Below, piece by piece: positions 1-8,719 of a stretch of DNA of 24,000 bases. The first letter of the stretch is position 1. Each line of letters opens with the position of its first letter. A program made the translations under genes and the position numbers. The stretch covers positions 1 to 24,000 of the forward strand of contig JAZSRA010000065.1 in the NCBI GenBank assembly GCA_045538195.1, written 5' to 3'. The notes below the pieces were generated by a model, which was not told where the DNA came from, did no database searches, and saw only the letters and a list, made by a program, of their open reading frames with translations. Source of the DNA: Eubacteriales bacterium (GTDB lineage: Bacteria; Bacillota; Clostridia; Oscillospirales; CAG-272).

Positions 1-399
1 ATCGTAATAAAGCTTAAGCTTACTTGCGGCGTAGTTCCTGAAATCCTCGCAGAAGCTTTCAAGATCTACTCCCTTTTCATAGCTCTGATGTCCGTAGCGC
101 GTGCAGTTCCTGTCTATCTCACTAAGCATGCAAAAACGCTCCACGTTCTCTTGCGCTTTTTCGTCGTCTTTCCCCGAACCGTTAGCCGTAGGGTTAGGGG
201 CTATTCTATATTCCACCTTAGGCTCTTTTGACTCCTGAGACATGATCGTAATGATCAATATGGCAACGATGACCAAAACTACCACAAAATAGACAATTAT
301 AGCAGGCATAGAGGTCAGCCTTCCTATCAAGGTCGTGCGAGCCGCTAATGCCGCTTCGCTAACGGCGGCATTTGTTAAAATTGAAAAAATGTATGACAT
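1..399 (-). CDS. N-terminal part of a membrane-anchored protein, probably the start of an AAA-type ATPase (truncated by the left window edge)
   Basis: Manual minus-strand translation from ATG at 399: MSYIFSILTNAAVSEAALAARTTLIGRLTSMPAIIVYFVVVLVIVAILIITIMSQESKEPKVEYR...RFCMLSEIDRNCTRYGHQSYEKGVDLESFCEDFRNYAASKLKLYYD, open to the edge. One strong TM segment, a charged linker, and a pre-AAA segment resembling that in the adjacent 1130-aa protein. 23-nt gap to the preceding gene. The ATPase core is outside the window. Confidence 0.7.
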   Translation of the reverse strand, partial: MSYIFSILTNAAVSEAALAARTTLIGRLTSMPAIIVYFVVVLVIVAILIITIMSQESKEPKVEYRIAPNPTANGSGKDDEKAQENVERFCMLSEIDRNCTRYGHQSYEKGVDLESFCEDFRNYAASKLKLYYD

Positions 400-422
400 T
401 GATCGTACTCCTTAGACTGCTC

Positions 423-3400
423 TTACGCTCTGTTCGATCCGCACGCCTTGATAACTCTCTTGCAAGCCTCTGCGCGGTCTTCACCAAATATAGCCTCAAC
501 GGTCTCATCGAGGCTCTTACCGTCCTCTGCCGTGGCGCCCTTTTGAGCCAACATTACGGGGACCATCAGCTTAGCGGCAACCGCCTCATCAACGGCATTG
601 ATCTGCTCGCCGCCGCATGCAAGATAAACGTATGCAAACTTTTCAAGGCAAAGCCAAAGCTTGTTTCCGATATGGAAGGGGGTTTGATGATTGATCTTTT
701 CCTCAAATCGGTCGATCTTCTTCCAAAGCTCCTCGTCAACAGCAAATCGGGACGCAGTTCTCTCAACGAGCCAATCCAACTGATAATAGCTGAATTTATG
801 AACGGTGGACAACTGCTCACTTGCGGCACATTCCGCAATATCGAACAAATTGACCGTAGCAATCTCTGACACGAAATCGGGAAGCTCTGCCACAGATGCG
901 CCCTCGGCAAGATTTATCACAAACCACACGTTTTTGGGAATATAATAGGAAGTCTCTATATTTCTCTCGTTAAAAACGGTAACGTGATTATTTGCAAGAG
1001 GATTCTTTACATAATTCACATAGGAGGAGAAATAGAGAGGCATATTCGCGCCTACAACCTGAGTTAATGCCGCAAGATGAATACTGTGTCCGTTGTTTCT
1101 GGCAGACTCCAAAGCATAATTTATATTTGTCTTGACCTTGTTGCCTTGACCGTCGGTTTTAAACAGAACGCTCTCACAGCTATTGTAGTTATCGTTTACA
1201 CTGTCGATAAACAAAGGGGACTCAAAATAATTGGAAAGCATGAGTAAGAGGGTCTTGAAATCATTGTCGTTCATGCCTTTAACGATCACAAGTCTGGATG
1301 CGGAAAGCGCGGCAAAGATGTTCTTCACTACGTCGCCGCTTACCTTAAATCCTCTTTCTGCGGCAAATTTTTCAAATTCCGCAGCGGCAGACGCAAAATC
1401 CACCTCCCTGTCAATATAGCGCAGGTACTCCGAATCAACGCCTTCTATACGCTCCTCGGTATCAGCGGCAACAGCTTCATCGGCAACGTCAAACTCATCA
1501 ACAAACATTTTTTCCGCATTATAAGCAGAAATCTTCTCCGAGTCCTCGAACATCTTACTGTTCTTTTCATTCAAAGCCGCTTTTTCCGCTTTTCTGATCT
1601 TACTTCTTCTTATCGCCTCGGTTACAAAGAACACGATCGAGGATATTCCCAACACAATGCAGAAAATATCAAAAAACGCCGAATCAAGACTATTCAAAGC
1701 GCAATATATTTTTAAAATTATTGCAAGCGACATAGCGGCCGCTCCCGCTACAATATTGAATATCGACTTTTTCATAGGTTTAAGTTTAGCCTCCAATTTA
1801 AAGTTATCGGAATTAATATTTGATTCCGAATAAATATAGTCACTGATCTTCTTTCCGTCGTATTCAGGCGGCTCCGAACCTGCTGAAATGATTTTTTTCA
1901 GTCTGATATCTTTCAGCGAAGATCCGATATACACCGTGTATTTGCCGGACTCTGTAACAAATCCGCCTTTTTTCGGTGAATATATTTCCGGTATCCTCAA
2001 TGGGATCTGAACCGTTTTCGTCTCGCCGGGACGAAGCTCGACCCGAGCAAATCCGCAAAGCTCCTTCAGAGGACGTATTGCGCCCAGATCTTCATATCCC
2101 ACGTACATCTGGACTGTCTCGACGCCTTCCATAGCCCCGTCATTTTTCACGGTAAAGCTAACAGCATCCTTAGATACCGTCATAGACGAATACGAAAAGC
2201 GCGTATAACTCAAGCCGTGACCGAAAGGAAATCCGTCAAATTCTTCTTCATAATCGTAATAACGGTACCCGATAAAGGGACCTACGCAAAGCTTATCTCG
2301 CACTCTCCTTGTTTTGTAATCCAAATATCTTTGCTCGGTATCAAAATAAAGAGAATTAGCAAGCTTACCCGAGGGACTCACCTTTCCGCTCAAAATGTTC
2401 TGCAACGCCTTTGCACAAAACTTAGTTTTGATCGGTGCCATAACCATTGCAGAGCAGTTCTCGGGGTATCCTACGTCAAGAGGAGTATCCGATGGCAATA
2501 TTGCAATGATCTTCTTATTTTCGGTCTCAAGTGCCTCCAAAAGCCTTTTTTGATTTGCAGGAATAGACAGCTTTCTCTCTTTATGAAGCTTAGAAGCTCT
2601 TTTATCGGTAAATCCGAGGAACAGAAGAACCGCGTCAGCGCTCTTGGCAAGGGACACCGCTCCCTCCACCAGCTCCTCGCTTCTGTCCACGGAAAGATCG
2701 TATCCTCTTTCCAAGCCGGAAACTTGATATCCGCTCTCCGACAATAAAGTCGAAAGCTCATCGGCAAGACAGCAGCCTTCCCCTCCGGACGGCATGGCGA
2801 CGTCTCCGATCAAAGCGATCTTTTCAGAGCGTTTTAACGGCAGACGTCCATTTTGATTTTTAAGCAATACAACCGAGCTTTCCGTGGCTTTTATTGCCAA
2901 CGACTCGTTAGTATCAACAAGGGACAAATTAGGCTTTCTCTTTACCGCAAAAACAAAATCCAGCAATCTATCAAGAGCGTCGTCGATCATCTCCTCAGAA
3001 ATTGCTCTGCCCTTTAAGACTTCACTCTGAAGCTCCTCAACGGTTGAAGTGCCGTGTTCTATCATTTTGGTGAGCTGCTTGTACCTTGACAACGCCGATT
3101 CAAGAGCAAGCGCCGAGCCTTCAAAGAAAAGTCCGCCTCGGTTGATATAGGACACAGTCTTTTCCGCTGTAACGTGAGCGCACAGCGGCGTAGCGTTTTG
3201 CGCTACCTTTCCCTCGGAAACCATTCTCATAAGAGAAGAATTGAGTGCCTTGTAATTTTCAGCCGAGGTGTCCGGTTCTGTAAATATCGCCGCGCAACCT
3301 GTCTTTGAGGTCGTCTCAATATATGGCTTTACTATGTATTCGTATATAAAGCGTTCGTCAGGCTTCTCGTCAAGCCACTCGGCCTCGTCATTATAAACAC

Positions 3401-3815
3401 CAAAACCGCCAACTCCTGCGGCAATCCCCGCTCTCTCTGCCGCCGCGAGATATTCTTTTGATATCTCCGCGCCTAAAAACGGGTCTTCCGAGATAGAAAT
3501 TCTATACGGATTTATCCTAACTCTGGGTTCGGGGATCTTTACAAATCCCATTTCGCGAGAGCCTGCGAGTCTAAAAATATCGTCTGCAACACTTGACACA
3601 AGAGAAACGTCCCAAGTGTTAGACAGCGCTTTCGGTGAGGGATAAACATCTCCGCAAAGCGTCCACACGTCTCCTATACGCACTTCCGGTATGCCAAGCG
3701 CTCTGAAATTTTTATCGGATAAAGCATTAATATCACATAATATGCGAATTTTATCCACATCCGATAATTTTTTTATGACATCAAAATATTTCAACATATT
3801 GAACTCCGAAATCAA
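423..3815 (-). CDS. GH3 (beta-glucosidase family)-like region, TM hairpin and degenerate AAA-like domain in one polypeptide
   Basis: ORF of 1130 aa. GH3-like landmarks: SEDPFLGAEISKEYL, LAIKATESSVVLLKNQNGRLPLKRSEKIALIGD, SPSGKLANSLYF, GYRYYDYEEEFDGFPFGHGLSYTRFSY and a C-terminal FN3-like segment. Two TM segments at ~aa 683-735. The C-terminal domain has LSASRLVIVKGMNDNDFKTLL (P-loop-like) and FNERNIETSYYIPKNVWFVINLAEG (AAA/MoxR-McrB-like). Confidence 0.8.
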   Translation of the reverse strand: MISEFNMLKYFDVIKKLSDVDKIRILCDINALSDKNFRALGIPEVRIGDVWTLCGDVYPSPKALSNTWDVSLVSSVADDIFRLAGSREMGFVKIPEPRVRINPYRISISEDPFLGAEISKEYLAAAERAGIAAGVGGFGVYNDEAEWLDEKPDERFIYEYIVKPYIETTSKTGCAAIFTEPDTSAENYKALNSSLMRMVSEGKVAQNATPLCAHVTAEKTVSYINRGGLFFEGSALALESALSRYKQLTKMIEHGTSTVEELQSEVLKGRAISEEMIDDALDRLLDFVFAVKRKPNLSLVDTNESLAIKATESSVVLLKNQNGRLPLKRSEKIALIGDVAMPSGGEGCCLADELSTLLSESGYQVSGLERGYDLSVDRSEELVEGAVSLAKSADAVLLFLGFTDKRASKLHKERKLSIPANQKRLLEALETENKKIIAILPSDTPLDVGYPENCSAMVMAPIKTKFCAKALQNILSGKVSPSGKLANSLYFDTEQRYLDYKTRRVRDKLCVGPFIGYRYYDYEEEFDGFPFGHGLSYTRFSYSSMTVSKDAVSFTVKNDGAMEGVETVQMYVGYEDLGAIRPLKELCGFARVELRPGETKTVQIPLRIPEIYSPKKGGFVTESGKYTVYIGSSLKDIRLKKIISAGSEPPEYDGKKISDYIYSESNINSDNFKLEAKLKPMKKSIFNIVAGAAAMSLAIILKIYCALNSLDSAFFDIFCIVLGISSIVFFVTEAIRRSKIRKAEKAALNEKNSKMFEDSEKISAYNAEKMFVDEFDVADEAVAADTEERIEGVDSEYLRYIDREVDFASAAAEFEKFAAERGFKVSGDVVKNIFAALSASRLVIVKGMNDNDFKTLLLMLSNYFESPLFIDSVNDNYNSCESVLFKTDGQGNKVKTNINYALESARNNGHSIHLAALTQVVGANMPLYFSSYVNYVKNPLANNHVTVFNERNIETSYYIPKNVWFVINLAEGASVAELPDFVSEIATVNLFDIAECAASEQLSTVHKFSYYQLDWLVERTASRFAVDEELWKKIDRFEEKINHQTPFHIGNKLWLCLEKFAYVYLACGGEQINAVDEAVAAKLMVPVMLAQKGATAEDGKSLDETVEAIFGEDRAEACKRVIKACGSNRA

Positions 3816-3836
3816 TCTATATCTGTTTTAATCCGC

Positions 3837-4517
3837 TTAATTTACAGGCGTACCGTATGTCTCTTCGCCTAAGGCTCCGTTTTCGGTATCTTCTGCTCCA
3901 ATTTCGACTGTTGTTTCGTTTTCTTCGCCTTCGTTTTCAAAAAAATTATAGCTGAAAAAGACATCAAAAACACACATTATCACCAGCAAAAACGCAACCA
4001 ACGTAGCTATCAGTGCCGAAAGCCGCGGTTTTCCGAACTCTCTCGGGCGTATCGAAAATTCTGTTATATAGTTTGCTCTTGGAGCATTCTTGATTATCTG
4101 CCCGTCAGCCTTGACGTAATCCACGGTAGATCTGCCGTTTCGGACGGTATATTTATATCGTTCAGACATAATTTTCGTGAACACAATTCTAAAATCCGCA
4201 CAATACTCGTCCACCACTATCATCGCAGGAGCAACGTAAGTCGTTCCGGGCATAAAGTTGATGCCGTTATATTTAATTTTTAAGGTTTCAAGTATTTTTC
4301 CCGAAGCATCCATCTGGACAACGGAAAATTCCATAGCGTTCACAACGTAATCAAGCTCATTTAAAAATCTGAGCGTTAAGCATTTCTTTTCGTTGTGTCT
4401 GACAAAAATATACTCTTTTACCGAAACAAGATCGCTGATCTGGGGATGTTCATAAACTCCCTTGGAAATATATTGTCGTTGCGAAGTCATTTCAAAATCC
4501 TTTCTCGGATAAACCAA
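3837..4517 (-). CDS. Single-TM protein with an N-terminal beta-rich domain, unknown function
   Basis: 226-aa ORF with a TM segment (ALIATLVAFLLVIMCVFDVFFSY) near the C-terminus and an acidic tail. Gaps of 21-23 nt to neighbours. Confidence 0.75.
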   Translation of the reverse strand: MVYPRKDFEMTSQRQYISKGVYEHPQISDLVSVKEYIFVRHNEKKCLTLRFLNELDYVVNAMEFSVVQMDASGKILETLKIKYNGINFMPGTTYVAPAMIVVDEYCADFRIVFTKIMSERYKYTVRNGRSTVDYVKADGQIIKNAPRANYITEFSIRPREFGKPRLSALIATLVAFLLVIMCVFDVFFSYNFFENEGEENETTVEIGAEDTENGALGEETYGTPVN

Positions 4518-4540
4518 TTTCTGATTTTCTGATCGTTGCT

Positions 4541-5251
4541 TTATTTGAATATCTTTACGTCTTTTTCACGGTGAAAAACAAGTATGATTCCCGCAAGCGC
4601 AGCACCCGCCGCCGCCGAAACCAGTATTTGCATAAGGGGCAACCCTGCCGCGATAAGCTTTATTGAAGGGAGTATTACCTCGATCAATGAAAATACCGAC
4701 GATCTTAAGGTCAAATATTCCACCACGGTAAGCACGGCAGTCACAGCGGCAAAGGTAACGACTCTCCAAATCGAATAATGCATTTTAGGGCTACCCGGAA
4801 CAATAAATCTGTTCACTTCCTTAACAACAACACAAACATAAGCAGTATTTTCGGGAAGAATAGCTGCCGCAGCGTCGCCAGATGAAACCTTTGGCACAGA
4901 TATTTGTATCGTGTCTATCTCATTGTTGCCTGAATCCAATGCAACCACGTCATATTTAATGGAAAGTATTCTCTTGTCAAATTTGCATTTTATGTACTTA
5001 TCACCGTCGTTTACGGAAAGTATATACTGCTTTATGTATTTTCCCGTCTCACCGTAGGGCTTATAGGTAATTGCTCTGCCGCCCTCGAAAACATATTTTT
5101 CGAGTCCTCTGTCTCCCATGTCCTGCACATTATAGTTCGCTTTCAGTAAAAACAAGGGCAATATCTTAGACACAAGGGCAACGTACAGAGACAAACTGAA
5201 AACAAATATTATTATTTGTGTCGGGATCGACATTGTGATCATTGTTGTCAT
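4541..5251 (-). CDS. Multi-TM protein with a soluble beta-rich domain between N-terminal and C-terminal TM segments, unknown function
   Basis: 236-aa ORF: N-terminal TM, soluble segment aa ~35-155, then ~3 hydrophobic segments. Same strand and compact spacing within the cluster. Confidence 0.75.
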   Translation of the reverse strand: MTTMITMSIPTQIIIFVFSLSLYVALVSKILPLFLLKANYNVQDMGDRGLEKYVFEGGRAITYKPYGETGKYIKQYILSVNDGDKYIKCKFDKRILSIKYDVVALDSGNNEIDTIQISVPKVSSGDAAAAILPENTAYVCVVVKEVNRFIVPGSPKMHYSIWRVVTFAAVTAVLTVVEYLTLRSSVFSLIEVILPSIKLIAAGLPLMQILVSAAAGAALAGIILVFHREKDVKIFK

Positions 5252-5304
5252 TGTTATCTCCTGAACTTTGTAATATTTAATATAACCGATATAACCGTCA
5301 GAAT

Positions 5305-6795
5305 TTATTTGGCATATTTAGAGAATATCCTTCTCACGTCTTCCTCGGTAACGGTCGAACCACCCAGATGCTTCAGTATTTCCTCGGCAACGGACGTTGC
5401 CATATCGTCCGGCAACGTAATACCGTATTCTTTGATGTATTCCCGGGCATAGGATGCAAGTACCTTTGCCTTTTCTTCTTCACTGGAATATCCTCTGTCG
5501 TTTACCTTGTTGATAGCATCGGCAATATCTTCCATCAACACATTGTATTTTGATGAATCGTAGTCAAATTCTCGGATATATTTCGAAACCGCCGCCATTG
5601 CTATTGAAGAAACGCTGATGCCGCTCATGTTGGGGTTTTCCTTAAGAATAGCATCCAGCCTGCCAACAATATCGCTTTCATTCACATACTCTACAAGAGA
5701 ATTGAAATTGCTCATATTTACGGCAAAAAGATCGCTATCCATCACTGCAGCGTATAGTTTCAACAAAGTGATCATATTAGCCTTTGCGCTGTGATGGTCT
5801 GTGTTTTGACAAACCGAAAGTATTTCATCAAAGGCGGGTTCGATCAGATCGTTGGTAACAGGCTTCGCTATGCCAAAAACCCGATCACCGTTTTTCCATG
5901 CAGTTGCAAAACTTGAAATATATTCACCCAAAGCTCCCGAGAATAGCTCCAGTCTTTCTACGTTATCGCAAAGCCCATATATTCGGCTTATTTGCTCGTC
6001 AGTTGCGTTTTGGGGATCAACGAATGCGCTATACGTGTACTTGAGATCATCAAAAACATCTACCAGTGCGTCTGCTTCGGAAATCAAGTGGACTCTTTCA
6101 CCGTAAACCTCAGCGCTTGCGGCACTATAATACATCAGTTTGCCTCCAAGCTGATAAAAAACATTTCCGCAAAAGTCGTTTGCATAAACAGACAAGTCTA
6201 TTTCGTTTGCACTTTCCGTCACGCTATCCGTCTCGCTTAGTTTAAAATTGCCAACAATACTCAAAGTCTTGTTTGCAACGTCAAGAGTTCCCATTATCGG
6301 ACTCGTTATTACCATAGTTACAACAACCGAAACGATCACACCCGTAATGACCGACAGCACTTTGTCGTTTTGATCAAAATAAGAGTTTTCCTCTTTACAG
6401 TATTCTGGCGTATCAGCGAAACGTCTGATCTTGCTTTTACACACTATACGAACGATAAATTGAGTAATAGCGCGAACCGCAAAAAACACCGCAACGAAAA
6501 GTAGCGACCCGAGGACCATTCCCATGATAGCCTCAACAAATACGTTTACCCAGGAATAGTCTTGAACCAATTCCCGATACACAGAAAGGTTATTGAGAAT
6601 TAAATACGATACAAGGCTTGAAATGACTTCGGAAATGAGATATGTAACCAAAGCGGAAAAAATCACAGAAAACACAACTATAGCAAGTGAGATAAGGGTC
6701 ATTCTGAACCCTTTTTTGATGCTTCGATACACCTCCGTTGCAGTCACCGAGAAAAATATCAACAATATTGCGATCGAAAATAAGCTAAAAGTCAT
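5305..6795 (-). CDS. Multi-TM protein with weak CvpA-like N-terminus and a long hydrophilic C-terminal region, unknown function
   Basis: 496-aa ORF. The N-terminus YRSIKKGFRMTLISLAIVVFSVIFSALVTYLIS recalls CvpA-type proteins. RBS-like GAGG upstream; preceded by the promoter at 6916-6944. Confidence 0.7.
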   Translation of the reverse strand: MTFSLFSIAILLIFFSVTATEVYRSIKKGFRMTLISLAIVVFSVIFSALVTYLISEVISSLVSYLILNNLSVYRELVQDYSWVNVFVEAIMGMVLGSLLFVAVFFAVRAITQFIVRIVCKSKIRRFADTPEYCKEENSYFDQNDKVLSVITGVIVSVVVTMVITSPIMGTLDVANKTLSIVGNFKLSETDSVTESANEIDLSVYANDFCGNVFYQLGGKLMYYSAASAEVYGERVHLISEADALVDVFDDLKYTYSAFVDPQNATDEQISRIYGLCDNVERLELFSGALGEYISSFATAWKNGDRVFGIAKPVTNDLIEPAFDEILSVCQNTDHHSAKANMITLLKLYAAVMDSDLFAVNMSNFNSLVEYVNESDIVGRLDAILKENPNMSGISVSSIAMAAVSKYIREFDYDSSKYNVLMEDIADAINKVNDRGYSSEEEKAKVLASYAREYIKEYGITLPDDMATSVAEEILKHLGGSTVTEEDVRRIFSKYAK

Positions 6796-6915
6796 ATCTT
6801 TGTCCTCTTTTCGGGAGTAATAATTAAAAAGCTTGCATCAGACCTAATCAACAACTAAAAACACTTTTAGCAGTGCCTAATCTGAAGCATATTTCACAGT
6901 CAATAAATATTCATA

Positions 6916-6944
6916 ATTATACCATATACACTCGAATTTGTCAA
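6916..6944 (-). promoter_or_regulatory. SigA-type promoter for the five-gene membrane operon
   Basis: Minus strand TTGACA (6944-6939), 17-nt spacer, TATAAT (6921-6916), ~120 nt upstream of the first gene. Confidence 0.75.
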
Positions 6945-6996
6945 CTGAAATATGTGACACCAGAAAAATTGAACAAGTTCATATCTCAAATTAAAA

Positions 6997-7030
6997 CGGC
7001 TGACACCATCGTGTTTGATAGTGTCAGCCG
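6997..7030 (-). terminator. Intrinsic terminator-like hairpin
   Basis: Perfect 10-bp stem cggctgacac/gtgtcagccg with 14-nt loop. The minus strand continues with TTTTAATTT. Confidence 0.7.
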
Positions 7031-7276
7031 TATGAGTCGTAATGCTAAGTAGGTTTTAGATCTATGAGTTCGGCGTAAACCTTGTCTTCTTGAATGATCC
7101 TCTGATCAATATTCAGTCCTCAATTAGACCAAGAACAACCTTCCTAATATCAATATAGGATCGGTAATGCCGCAATCGATGACTTCTTTATAGGCAACAT
7201 CCAATTGATAAACAACTTCATGATGGCTCTTGACAAAGAGCAGATCAAATATTTAAGCAAGCCGTTATCAATTTCT

Positions 7277-8719
7277 TTATTTTAAAATAGATATCGCATC
7301 ACCGATAGTCTTTTCAAGTGACTCACGGCCGTATTTGTCAACCTCGGCTTTATTTTTTTCACCGTGGGTGAGGCATCCTGCGCCGCCGATACAACCGCCG
7401 ACACACGCCATGCCCTCGATAAAGTTGCCGTCAAGCGCACCCTTGCTCAGCTTTAGCAGAGCCACACGGCAGGCTTCAATTCCGTCGCATACCACGGGCT
7501 TTATCTCAAAGTCGATGTTCTGCTCCTTCATCGCCTGTACTGCCGCATCGGTAAGACCTCCGCTGCGGGCAAAGATACGACCGAAGTAGGAAGCGTTATC
7601 GAGGACTCCCTCCTCAAGGGATGCGATATCAAGATCACGGCTGTCAAAGAGTGCCTGAAGCTCCTCAAAGGTCAGCACGGTATCCACGTAAGGCTTGACA
7701 GACTCGAGCTGAGCCTCTGCCTTTTTAGCGGTACAAGGGCCGATAAAGATGACCTTTGCGTTAGGTGTAGTCTCCTTAATGTACTTTGCAAGCACCGCCA
7801 TGGGAGACATATTATGAGAAATATGCTCAACCAGATTCGGGAACGTGGACTTTATGTACTGCACGAATGCGGGACAGCAGGAGCTTGTAAGAAGACCCTT
7901 TTCGGAAAGCTCTCTTGCTTCTGCCATAGCCACCATATCCGCGCCAAGTGCCGCCTCGATAACGTCGTGGAAGCCGAGCTTTTTAAGTCCCGTTACCACC
8001 TGACCCAACTTTGCGTAAGAGAATTGGCTCGAAATAGAGGGAGCAACAACGGCATATACCTTGTAATTGCCGCCTCTTGTGTCGCTCCTGCTCTTTTTGA
8101 GAATATCGATGGCGTTCAGTATAAAGGACTTGTCCATAATTGCGCCGAAGGGACACTGATATACGCAAGCGCCACACTGTATGCACTTGTGGTTGTCGAT
8201 AGCCGCCGCACTTTGCTCGTTCATAGAAATTGCCTTGACCTTGCAAGCATTCTGGCAAGGACGCTTGCGGCTGACGATAGCGGTATAGGGGCAGACCCTG
8301 GCACAGGCACCGCACTCCTTACACTTGGATTTGTCGATGTGTGCAACGTGATTGTGGTCGAAGGTGATAGCACCGAATTTGCACACGTCCTCGCAACGGT
8401 GAGCGAGACAGCCGCGGCAGGCGTTGGTCACCTCATAACCGCCAACGGGACACTCGTCGCAGGCGATATCTATGACCTGTATAATATTAGGATTATCCTT
8501 GTCGCCGCCCATCGCCAGCTTGACTCTCTCGCCAAGAATTGCTCTTTCCTTATATACGCAACAGCGCATAGTAGGCTCGTTACCTGGTACGATGTTTTTG
8601 GGAATATCCATAATATTATCAAGCAGCTTATCCTCCCACGCGAGGCGAGCCACTTCACGCAATACTTTATATTTTAAATGTTGTACTTTTGTATCAAATT
8701 TACGCATTTTACACCTCAA
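7277..8719 (-). CDS. Ferredoxin-domain [FeFe] hydrogenase (monomeric, group B-like)
   Basis: 480-aa ORF with CKECGACARVCPYTAI and CIQCGACVYQCPFGAI. H-cluster motifs are TSCCPAFVQYI, FIGPCTAKKAE and EGMACVGGCIGG. Confidence 0.9.
   Translation of the reverse strand: MRCKMRKFDTKVQHLKYKVLREVARLAWEDKLLDNIMDIPKNIVPGNEPTMRCCVYKERAILGERVKLAMGGDKDNPNIIQVIDIACDECPVGGYEVTNACRGCLAHRCEDVCKFGAITFDHNHVAHIDKSKCKECGACARVCPYTAIVSRKRPCQNACKVKAISMNEQSAAAIDNHKCIQCGACVYQCPFGAIMDKSFILNAIDILKKSRSDTRGGNYKVYAVVAPSISSQFSYAKLGQVVTGLKKLGFHDVIEAALGADMVAMAEARELSEKGLLTSSCCPAFVQYIKSTFPNLVEHISHNMSPMAVLAKYIKETTPNAKVIFIGPCTAKKAEAQLESVKPYVDTVLTFEELQALFDSRDLDIASLEEGVLDNASYFGRIFARSGGLTDAAVQAMKEQNIDFEIKPVVCDGIEACRVALLKLSKGALDGNFIEGMACVGGCIGGAGCLTHGEKNKAEVDKYGRESLEKTIGDAISILK

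Noticed and set aside
372-869. 165-aa plus-strand ORF at the left edge
   Set aside because: Overlaps two minus-strand genes, including their tight intergenic junction; no domain or RBS support.
2217-2747. 176-aa plus-strand ORF within the GH3-like gene
   Set aside because: Antisense to the GH3-like region, which has clear family motifs.
423-3815. Calling the large protein an active beta-glucosidase
   Set aside because: The usual catalytic and substrate-binding motifs are not recognisable, and it has no signal peptide.
1-6795. Calling the first operon a McrBC-type restriction or another known defence system
   Set aside because: No nuclease domain is visible, and the ATPase core of the edge gene is outside the window. 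Function cannot be assigned.
7814-8677. 287-aa plus-strand ORF opposite the hydrogenase, and similar ones at 10118-10534 and 10568-11266
   Set aside because: Opposite strongly supported Fe-S protein genes. The composition looks like reverse-complement coding.
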